Of a stretch of DNA of 48,097 nucleotides, positions 34,571 to 42,464 are shown in pieces; the first letter of the stretch is position 1, and the number at the start of each line of letters is the position of its first letter. Location: positions 1 through 48,097 of the forward strand of contig JAXIHJ010000013.1 in the NCBI GenBank assembly GCA_034189755.1, in the 5' to 3' direction. Source of the stretch: Planctomycetota bacterium (GTDB taxonomy: Bacteria > Planctomycetota > Phycisphaerae > SM23-33). The notes beneath the pieces are model-generated. The model saw nothing but the letters and a program-made list of their open reading frames with translations. It made no database searches and was not told the origin of the DNA. A program made the position numbers and the translations under genes.

Positions 34571-35785
34571 TTACACAAGCTTGCCGATGGTCGGCAGTGT
34601 GCCGGCCAGCGGCGAGGCGTATTTGATGAAGCTGCGTGTAACGCCGTTGCCGGCCTTGTTGATGAAGCTTCTCGGCATGTCCTTTGTTCGGCGTGCGACG
34701 TCCTTCAGTTCGGCCCTAAAGAAGCTCGCGGTGTAGTGTGCGCCCTTGCCGCGTCGGATGGCCACCGAGCCGTCGGCATCGCCGGCCATCGCGTATTCGG
34801 TCGCTTTTCGCCCGCATGCGCGGGCCTCGGCGGCGTCAACGGCCGAGGCGAAGCCGGGAAAACTCCGCTGCAAATACCCGAACGTATCGGCGCGGACGCG
34901 GAGTTTCTTCCTGCCGGCCTGGGTTTTTATATATTGGGCGAGAAAATCGCCCAGCGCGCCGGAGCCGGAAAGCTGCACGTTGCCGTGGCTGTCGCGTTCG
35001 ACCTTTGCGCCGAGCTTCTCAGCCAGCGCCACGGTTACGGGTTTGCCTCCCCGTTCGACTATGCCTTCGGAGACGGCGATCTGGCAGCGGCCCAGCCGAT
35101 CGTACACCCGGCGGACGTCATCAAGGAACCGCCTGGTCGAGAACGGCGCCTCCGGCGTGTACAGCAGGTGCGGGCCATCTTTGCTGCCGGCCCGGCCCAG
35201 CGCTGCTGCGGCCGTCAGCCAGCCGGCGTTCCTGCCCATCACCACGTTGATCTTGATGCCCGGAAGCGACGTTACGTCCCTGTCGTCGCCCATAAACGCC
35301 GACGCCACAAACCGGGCCGCCGAGCCGTAGCCGGGGCAGTGGTCCGTTACGCACAGGTCGTTGTCGATTGTCTTGGGAATATGGAAAACACGCAGCTCGT
35401 AGTCGGATGCGGCGGCCATCTCGTTGACAATCCTGGCCGTGTCGGCCGAGTCGTTGCCGCCGATATAGAAAAAGTAGCGAACGTCGTACCTGGCGAAGAC
35501 CTTGAAAATTTTCCGGCAGTAGGCCTCGTCCGGCTTGTCGCGGCTGGAGCCTAGCGCCGCAGCCGGCGTAACGGCTATGCGATCCAGCAGGGGCTTTTTC
35601 AGGCCCTTCAAGTCCATGAACTTTTGCTCGATGATTCCCCTAACCCCGTGACGAGCGCCGAGCAGACGCTTTATCGACCTGCACCTGCCGACGGTCTCAA
35701 TCACGCCCACCAGGGACTGATTAATAACGGCGGTCGGGCCGCCGGATTGTCCGATAACTGCATTACCCTTGATCATATTCGCCAT
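34571..35785 (-). CDS. pfp: Phosphofructokinase, probably pyrophosphate-dependent
   Basis: 404-aa ORF MANMIKGNAVIGQSGGPTAVINQSL...FFYIGGNDSADTA...HIPKTIDNDL...MGRNAGWL. The Asp in GGNDS and the Lys in PKTIDND sit where ATP-PFKs have Gly (E. coli G104 and G124). This pairing is typical of PPi-PFKs. Confidence 0.8.
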   Translation of the reverse strand: MANMIKGNAVIGQSGGPTAVINQSLVGVIETVGRCRSIKRLLGARHGVRGIIEQKFMDLKGLKKPLLDRIAVTPAAALGSSRDKPDEAYCRKIFKVFARYDVRYFFYIGGNDSADTARIVNEMAAASDYELRVFHIPKTIDNDLCVTDHCPGYGSAARFVASAFMGDDRDVTSLPGIKINVVMGRNAGWLTAAAALGRAGSKDGPHLLYTPEAPFSTRRFLDDVRRVYDRLGRCQIAVSEGIVERGGKPVTVALAEKLGAKVERDSHGNVQLSGSGALGDFLAQYIKTQAGRKKLRVRADTFGYLQRSFPGFASAVDAAEARACGRKATEYAMAGDADGSVAIRRGKGAHYTASFFRAELKDVARRTKDMPRSFINKAGNGVTRSFIKYASPLAGTLPTIGKLV

Positions 35786-35811
35786 CTACATCTTCTCCAG
35801 TTTTTACAGGG

Positions 35812-37158
35812 TCAGCCGCTCAGCATCTCTCGTTCGACAAAGGTCGTGTCCCACTCGCCTCTAACGAACCGTTCGTGGTCCAGGATCTCGCGGCACAGCG
35901 GGATGGTCGTTTTGGTCGGATAGATTACAAACTCGTCGATGGCACGTTTTGCCGTTGCGATAGCCTCGCGTCGCGTCGGGCAGTGGACAATCAGCTTGCC
36001 GATGAGGCTGTCGTAGGTCGGCGGAATGACGTAGCCCTGGTAGACGTGCGAATCCCACCGCACGCCAGGCCCGCCGGGTGCGACAAACGCATCCACCCGG
36101 CCGGGGCTTGGGCGAAAGTCATGGGCCGGGTCTTCGGCGTTTATCCGGCATTCGATGCTCGAACCGCGATGGTGGATGTCGGCCTGTTTGAGCGTGAGCT
36201 TTTGGCCCGAGGCCAGCTTAAGCTGCCACTTGAGCAGGTCTTGGCCGGTAACCATCTCGGTAACCGGGTGCTCGACCTGGATTCGCGTGTTGACCTCAAG
36301 GAAGTAAAAATGCCCGTCCGAGTTGAGCATAAATTCGACCGTGCCGGCGTTGTAGTAGCCGGCCTTTTCGGCCAGGCGAACCGCAGCGCCGCATATCGCC
36401 TCGCGGAGTTCCGGGCTGAGCTTCGGTGCGGGTGTTTCTTCGATAATCTTCTGGCGGCGCCGCTGCACGGAGCACTCGCGTTCAAGCAGGTGCACGATGT
36501 TCCCGGCCGTGTCGCCCAGAATCTGCACCTCGATGTGGCGGAAGTTCTCGATGCACTTCTCCATGTAAAGCCGGCCGTCCTTGAAGGCTATTTCCGCCTC
36601 GGACTGCGCCTGCTTGAAGACACTCTTGAGGGTAGCCTCGTTGTGGGCGAAGCGAATGCCCCGCCCGCCTCCGCCTGCGGCGGCCTTCAGCGCGACGGGA
36701 TAACCGATTTCCCCGGCTACGCGGACGGCGTCTTCGACCGTTTCCACCGGCCCGTCGCTGTCCGGAGCGGTCGGGACGCCGGCGGCCTTGGCAAGCTGCT
36801 TGGCCTGAATCTTGTCGCCCAGCAGTTGCATGCTCTCGACGCTCGGGCCTATGAACTCGATCTTGCAGTCGCGGCAGACCTCGGCGAAGTGAGAGTTTTC
36901 CGCGAGAAATCCGTAGCCGGGGTGGATAGCCTCAACGTCGGCTATCTCTGCGGCTGCGATAATACGAGGTATGTTCAGGTAACTGTCAGCCGACGGCGCA
37001 GCGCCTATGCAGATACGTTCGTCGGCCAGGTGCAGGTAGCTGGCGTCGCGGTCGGCCTCGGAGAACACCGCCACCGTCTCGACGCCAAGCTCACGGCAGG
37101 CCCGGATAATCCTGAGCGCTACCTCGCCACGATTGGCCACCAGAATGCGGGAAAACAT
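35812..37158 (-). CDS. accC: Acetyl-CoA carboxylase, biotin carboxylase subunit
   Basis: 448-aa [40 protein letters not shown]...GGGGRGIR...[14 protein letters not shown], typical of AccC. Confidence 0.96.
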   Translation of the reverse strand: MFSRILVANRGEVALRIIRACRELGVETVAVFSEADRDASYLHLADERICIGAAPSADSYLNIPRIIAAAEIADVEAIHPGYGFLAENSHFAEVCRDCKIEFIGPSVESMQLLGDKIQAKQLAKAAGVPTAPDSDGPVETVEDAVRVAGEIGYPVALKAAAGGGGRGIRFAHNEATLKSVFKQAQSEAEIAFKDGRLYMEKCIENFRHIEVQILGDTAGNIVHLLERECSVQRRRQKIIEETPAPKLSPELREAICGAAVRLAEKAGYYNAGTVEFMLNSDGHFYFLEVNTRIQVEHPVTEMVTGQDLLKWQLKLASGQKLTLKQADIHHRGSSIECRINAEDPAHDFRPSPGRVDAFVAPGGPGVRWDSHVYQGYVIPPTYDSLIGKLIVHCPTRREAIATAKRAIDEFVIYPTKTTIPLCREILDHERFVRGEWDTTFVEREMLSG

Positions 37159-37181
37159 CTAGGAGCACCTCTTAATCAACC

Positions 37182-37625
37182 TCAGGCCGGCCTGACACGG
37201 AACAGCACCTGCCCGAATTCAACGGGCTGGGCGTTCTTGACGCAGATTTCGGCGACGTCGCCGACGCACTCAGCCTTGATTTCGTTCATTACCTTCATGG
37301 CCTCGACGATGCAGACGACGCTGTCCTCGGCGACCTCGGCCCCCCGGCTGACGTAGGCGTCGCTGTCCGGGCTGGACGCGGCGAAGAACGTGCCGACCAT
37401 GGGGCTTTTTATCTCGATGAGTTCTTCGCCCTCCGGCTCGGCGGGTTTTTGCTCAGCAGGCGTGGCCGCCGCCTCAGATGCCGGAACGCTCGGCGCCGAA
37501 ACCGCCGGCGCCTCGCCGCCGGCGCGCTTTAAGTGAACACGGTTCTCGCCTTCGGTAACGTCCAGCTCGCTCAGGTCATTGTCCACCATGAGCTTGATAA
37601 GACGTCTGATTTCTTTTTTGTCCAT
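37182..37625 (-). CDS. accB: Acetyl-CoA carboxylase, biotin carboxyl carrier protein
   Basis: 147-aa ORF with an Ala/Pro-rich linker and the biotinyl-lysine motif VCIVEAMKVMNEIKAE. It lies upstream of accC. Confidence 0.93.
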   Translation of the reverse strand: MDKKEIRRLIKLMVDNDLSELDVTEGENRVHLKRAGGEAPAVSAPSVPASEAAATPAEQKPAEPEGEELIEIKSPMVGTFFAASSPDSDAYVSRGAEVAEDSVVCIVEAMKVMNEIKAECVGDVAEICVKNAQPVEFGQVLFRVRPA

Positions 37626-37648
37626 TGCAAGTTCCCGTTTCTCGGCCT

Positions 37649-38791
37649 TTACGCAAGGGTTACAGCCGCGAGTTTCCTGGGCAGCGAACTCAGCCGGCGC
37701 CGCCCGCGCGGTGTTACCAGTATATTGTCCTCGATTCGCACGCCGCCGAAGCCCGGCAGATAGAGGCCAGGCTCGACTGTTACCACTTCACCGGCACGGA
37801 GCCGCAACCTGCCCGTTCGGCCCATCGCAGGCGCCTCATGCACCTGCCGGCCGATACCATGGCCCACACCGTGCAAAAATCGATCGCCGTACCCGGCTGC
37901 GGCGATAACTTCTCTCGCCGCCGCATCGACCGATCGGCAAGTCGCACCGGGTCGAATCGCCGCGATACCCGCGGCCTGCGCTCGGCGAACCAGTTCGTAA
38001 ATCTCAACCAGTTTCGGCGGGATTTTACCCGTGAACACCACCCGCGTCAAGTCGCTGCAATAGCCGCCCACCACCGCGCCGAAGTCCAGCAGTACGCATT
38101 CGCCGCGGCGAATTTTCCTTGCGCCGGGCCTATGGTGCGGCAGCGAGCTGTTTGGCCCGGCGGCGACGATCGTCTGGAACGCCGCACCGTCCGAACCCGC
38201 CAGCCTCATCCGATATTCCAGCTCAGCCGCCACGCGGCGTTCCGTCCGGCCGATTAGCGCGGATTTGCCGCCGGCGATGAGTTGCCTGAACGCCCGCTCT
38301 GCTACGCGCACCGCCCTGGAGATGGCGGCAATCTCGCCGGCGTCCTTGACCCGCCGCAGCGGCGCAATCACGTCGCAGACAGGCTTAAGCCGTTTTTCGC
38401 CCACGGTCGAGGCCAGTGTCCGCCGGAACCGGATGGTCATGTCGTCGGCCTGGCAGCCCAGCCGGCGAACGCCCCGGCCCTTCAATGCCTCAGCCACAGC
38501 CGCCGCCACAGAACCGCTGCGGATATGGATTTCCACGCCGTCGCATTCGGCGCCGGCCTGCTCTTCATACCGCCCGTCGGTAATCAGCACCGCCCAGCCT
38601 GCCGATCGGCCTGCGCCCCCGCCCATCAGCAACAAGCCGTCGCCGCCGGTAAAGCCGGTCAGGTAGCCCACGTCCTCAGGCCGGCTGATGAGCATCGCGC
38701 CGACCCGGCCCGCCGACCTGGCCCTGCTCATCGCCGCTAAACGCCGAGAAGCGTGCGGACACCCCTTTGAGATTTTCGATCCTCGCGCCAT
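37649..38791 (-). CDS. pepP: Xaa-Pro aminopeptidase / M24B family metallopeptidase
   Basis: M24 motifs are present: VLLDFGAVVGGYCSDLTR, HGVGHGIGRQVHE, VVTVEPGLYLPGFGGVRIEDNILV. The start is taken at ATG 38791 (MARGSK...), with an alternative at 38731. The ORF-track start at 39214 would run through the divergent larE-like gene start. Confidence 0.8.
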   Translation of the reverse strand: MARGSKISKGCPHASRRLAAMSRARSAGRVGAMLISRPEDVGYLTGFTGGDGLLLMGGGAGRSAGWAVLITDGRYEEQAGAECDGVEIHIRSGSVAAAVAEALKGRGVRRLGCQADDMTIRFRRTLASTVGEKRLKPVCDVIAPLRRVKDAGEIAAISRAVRVAERAFRQLIAGGKSALIGRTERRVAAELEYRMRLAGSDGAAFQTIVAAGPNSSLPHHRPGARKIRRGECVLLDFGAVVGGYCSDLTRVVFTGKIPPKLVEIYELVRRAQAAGIAAIRPGATCRSVDAAAREVIAAAGYGDRFLHGVGHGIGRQVHEAPAMGRTGRLRLRAGEVVTVEPGLYLPGFGGVRIEDNILVTPRGRRRLSSLPRKLAAVTLA

Positions 38792-38878
38792 AGACCATCC
38801 AGCATAAAAACTCGGCGGGTCGCTTACAAGCACGTTCGGTTGCACATGCAGGCGGGTCGATGCTGTACAATAATAGGC

Positions 38879-39718
38879 ATGACGGACAAAACGCAAACCT
38901 GCCGCACTGCCGGCATGGACGCATCGCTTTGCCGGAAGCTCGACGCCTGCCGGTCTATTCTTCGCCGGCTCGGCGGAGTGGTGGTGGCCTTTTCCGGCGG
39001 CGTCGACAGCTCGCTTCTGCTGGCGCTGGCTGCCGAGACGCTCGGGGTCAAAAAGGTCCTGGCGGTAACGGCCGTCTCGCCGATATTCCCGCAGAGCGAA
39101 CGCCGGGCGGCCCGTAAAATCGCAGGCCGGATCGGCGCCGAGTATCTCGAGATACAGACGCGGCAGCTTTCCGACCCGAACTTCACCTCCAACCCGGCCG
39201 ACCGCTGCTTCCACTGCAAGAGCCGGCTGCTGGGCCGGCTAAAACAACTCGCCGAGCAACGCGGCCTGGCCGTCGTTACCGGAACCAACGCCGACGACCC
39301 GAGCGACTACCGCCCCGGCCTGGACGCCGAGCGGCAGATGCAGGTCTGCCGTCCGCTGGCCGAGGCCGGCCTGAAAAAAGCCGATATCCGCGCCGCAGCC
39401 GGCGCTATGGGCCTGGCAAACCGGGACCGGCCGTCTTCAGCCTGCCTGGCCAGCCGTGTTCCGTACGGCCGGGAGATTACCGCCCCGCTGCTGCGGCGCA
39501 TCGAGCAGGCCGAGGCTGCGCTTGGAGATATGGGCTTCGCCGCCTGCCGCGTCCGCGATTACGAGCCGGTCGCCCGGATCGAGGTGCCGGGCGACAAAAT
39601 CACACAGGCCATCCGCCAGCGGCAAGCCATCGTCAAAAAGCTCAAGGGCCTGGGCTACACCTACGTAACGCTGGACCTGGAGGGTTTCCGCAGCGGCTCA
39701 ATGAACGAATCACTTTAA
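38879..39718 (+). CDS. larE: PP-loop ATP pyrophosphatase, LarE-like sulfur transferase family
   Basis: PP-loop VVAFSGGVDSSLL, then ...NPADRCFHCKSRL...TGTNADD...RPLAEAGLKKADIR...PSSACLASRVPYG (Cys in SACLASR, as for the LarE sacrificial Cys). The start is ATG 38879 or 38915. Confidence 0.6.
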   Translation: MTDKTQTCRTAGMDASLCRKLDACRSILRRLGGVVVAFSGGVDSSLLLALAAETLGVKKVLAVTAVSPIFPQSERRAARKIAGRIGAEYLEIQTRQLSDPNFTSNPADRCFHCKSRLLGRLKQLAEQRGLAVVTGTNADDPSDYRPGLDAERQMQVCRPLAEAGLKKADIRAAAGAMGLANRDRPSSACLASRVPYGREITAPLLRRIEQAEAALGDMGFAACRVRDYEPVARIEVPGDKITQAIRQRQAIVKKLKGLGYTYVTLDLEGFRSGSMNESL

Positions 39719-39723
39719 TGTCG

Positions 39724-42426
39724 CTACCGCCGGCAGCAAATTTTCACGGTGATTATCTCGTTGGCGCCGTACTGGAACGTTACCGAACCGTCCGGTCCGA
39801 CGGGCAGCGGCTGAAGTTCCTCTTCGGCCAGGCTGACCCTGGCGGCGGATTCGACCTTGCCGTAAATACCCAGCGTGGCCTGGCCCGCCTTGTCCGTCAA
39901 GTTCACCAGCCGCACAATCAGCCCCGAGCCGTCCTCCGAGAGCTTCATGGCGCTTAGTTCCAGACAGTTCGGCTGGATTTGCAGGAAGCCGCCCTCGGCC
40001 GGCAACGGGCCGCCGGTATTGCCCCGGCACGTAACGCCGCGGCACGGCAGGCGGTAGGCTTCAGCTTCCTGAGCCACGCCGCCGCCGGACCAGTCGCCGG
40101 CATGTGGGAAAACGGAATAGTGAAACACGCAATCGCCCGGACACTGTCCGCCCGGCGAAGGTTGCCAGGGCGGGTCGCTCTGATTGCGATTGGTGGTAGC
40201 CAGGCCTCCGCGCGTAATCGCCTCGACGCATCGCATAAGCGTAATCGCCAGCGTAACGCCTTCGGCGGCGGGTATCGCCTCGCATTCCGGCAGCCCGCGA
40301 GTGAACACTGCCGTGCCCTGCCGCCCGTCGCTCACGTCCACAAAAGTTTCCTGCGGATACGTCGGCAGCGGTTCTTCAAACCAGTCGCCGGTCTCCTTGG
40401 CTCCGATCGGGCGGCTGACAACGTCCAACTGGCCGGCGGCGCAGGATTTTTCCGCATTGACGCCGGTCGGCAACAGCGTCCGCAGTCGATGGTCCTTTGC
40501 ATGGTTGTCGATCCGGATACAGACGTCCACCCGGCGCTGCCTCAGCGCAGCCGTAACCGACACCGGGCAGCAGACCTGCTCGGCTGTGCGGCTTTGCCTG
40601 TCCTGGCTGACGGACCCCGGCAGGTGCATCTCGCCGGTGACGAGTACCGCATTGCCACCGGCCGAGGTTACGCGCCCGTTCTTCAGGCCGCGGACAATCT
40701 CGTCATTTTTCGGCGGTGAATAATTGTAAAAGTCGCCGTTGTCCCCGCCGTCTTCCAGCAGGTTGCAGCCCTTGGCCAGCCGGCCGCTGCGCTTCTCCAA
40801 CAGGTCAAACGTGCCGTCAGGATGCACCTGAAGCCGCAGAAGTTCGTTTTCCAGCACGCCTTCGGCCGGTGCGGCCTCGGCGGCCGGGGCATCGGCCGGG
40901 CGAACGACGTAACAGCGATATCCCATAGCCGGCACGTCGGCAGCCCGGAAAGAGATGGTGAACCGGCTGGCCTTCTCGAAAAAAAGAACCTTTACCGGGT
41001 CTAAATCGAAGACGTACGGCTCATGGCGTAACACCGTTATGGGTATTTCCTCGCCTGCCGGTGAGTGGAGCGTCAGGCCCCGCACATTGGCGTCGGCCGG
41101 GAAGCTTACCGTCGTTTCCACCACTTCCGAGCGGCTTCGCAGGGCCGGATTGAACAGAACCAGTGTCTGCTCATCGTCACCTAAGTGCGAAAGGTCGATC
41201 CTGCCGACGATGTTCCTGAAGGCCTCGATGAGCAGTTCTTCGGTAATCTGCCGGCAGGAGGCGTATCGCGTCATCATTTCCTCGTGCACGGCGTCTACGC
41301 TGCAGCCGCAGATGGAATCGTGCGGATGGTTCTTCAAGAGGAACTTCCAGGCCAGGTCGAAATACTTCCGCTGGTAGTCTGCGCCGAGCGACCATGCGGC
41401 GGCTGCAAACGGCTCGGACCATCGCTCCAGTTGAGTCTGGGCCGCTTCATTCGCCTGTTTGAGAAATGGCCTTGTCGAAAGCGTTCCAAAAAGGATATCG
41501 CCCTCGCGGCGGCGGCGGAATTCTCCTGGCACTGCGCTTAGCTTCGGGGTTTCGGACCGGATGGCCTCGAACAGCAGCGGCAGCGTGGAGTGCACGATTT
41601 GGGCGCCGTTCAGCAGGCCGTTCGCACCGGCGATAATTTCCGGCAGCTCTGGCTGCGGGCGGGCGTGGTCCACGCCGTTCATCAGCAGCAGATGCCTCGT
41701 GCCGGCGTATTGTTCCAGTTTTTGGGCCAGCACCCCTATCCGTTCGGCAGCGGCCTTGGGCTCGGCGGGCAGCCTGGCGGCGTTGAAGTAGCCGTCGTTG
41801 TCGTAGACCGAAACCTCGGCCTGGGCGGGCAGGTTGTCGTTCTTGTCTCGTGGCCGGTCGGCCGGCAGCCTGAGCGTCAGGACCTGCGAACCGTCGGGCG
41901 ATTCCCAGAGAAACTCGCTGTCCAGCTCCCCGCCGTCCGAATCGCCCACGCCGCGCCATATAACGGCGCTGTTCATCCCGAAGCCCTTCAGTATCTGCGG
42001 CATCTGGGAGATGTGCCCGAACTGGTCGGGCAGGTAGCCGACGTTCATAACAGGCCCGAAGCCCTCGGCCGCCTTCTTGCCGTAGATGAGGTTGCGGATC
42101 AGCGATTCGCCGCTGACCAGGAACTCATCCGGCAGGACGTACCACGGGCCTATCTGGATGCGGCCCTGGGCTATCAGCCTGCGCAGGCGGTCGGCGTTTT
42201 CGGGACGAATTTCCAGGTAATCCTCCAGCAGGATAGTCTGGCCGTCGAGCATGAAGTACTTGTAACCAGAAACGTTCTCCAGAATATCGAGCAGCTCGTC
42301 CACCAGCATCACCAGCCGCATCCGGAACTGTTGAAAGGTCAGATACCATTCCCGGTCCCAGTGCGTATGTGAAATCAGGTGAAGCACATTTTTATCTTCC
42401 GACTGCCTCTTGCGTCCTTGAACCAT
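39724..42426 (-). CDS. Glycoside hydrolase family 38 alpha-mannosidase
   Basis: 900-aa ORF with the N-terminal GH38 signature LHLISHTHWDREWY, then ...DGQTILLEDY...WYVLPDEFLVSGESLIRN and ...NHPHDSICGCS. No signal peptide, so probably cytoplasmic. Confidence 0.85.
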   Translation of the reverse strand: MVQGRKRQSEDKNVLHLISHTHWDREWYLTFQQFRMRLVMLVDELLDILENVSGYKYFMLDGQTILLEDYLEIRPENADRLRRLIAQGRIQIGPWYVLPDEFLVSGESLIRNLIYGKKAAEGFGPVMNVGYLPDQFGHISQMPQILKGFGMNSAVIWRGVGDSDGGELDSEFLWESPDGSQVLTLRLPADRPRDKNDNLPAQAEVSVYDNDGYFNAARLPAEPKAAAERIGVLAQKLEQYAGTRHLLLMNGVDHARPQPELPEIIAGANGLLNGAQIVHSTLPLLFEAIRSETPKLSAVPGEFRRRREGDILFGTLSTRPFLKQANEAAQTQLERWSEPFAAAAWSLGADYQRKYFDLAWKFLLKNHPHDSICGCSVDAVHEEMMTRYASCRQITEELLIEAFRNIVGRIDLSHLGDDEQTLVLFNPALRSRSEVVETTVSFPADANVRGLTLHSPAGEEIPITVLRHEPYVFDLDPVKVLFFEKASRFTISFRAADVPAMGYRCYVVRPADAPAAEAAPAEGVLENELLRLQVHPDGTFDLLEKRSGRLAKGCNLLEDGGDNGDFYNYSPPKNDEIVRGLKNGRVTSAGGNAVLVTGEMHLPGSVSQDRQSRTAEQVCCPVSVTAALRQRRVDVCIRIDNHAKDHRLRTLLPTGVNAEKSCAAGQLDVVSRPIGAKETGDWFEEPLPTYPQETFVDVSDGRQGTAVFTRGLPECEAIPAAEGVTLAITLMRCVEAITRGGLATTNRNQSDPPWQPSPGGQCPGDCVFHYSVFPHAGDWSGGGVAQEAEAYRLPCRGVTCRGNTGGPLPAEGGFLQIQPNCLELSAMKLSEDGSGLIVRLVNLTDKAGQATLGIYGKVESAARVSLAEEELQPLPVGPDGSVTFQYGANEIITVKICCRR

Positions 42427-42464
42427 CAGGAACTCCTTAGGGGTCTAATACATGTACGATTTAT

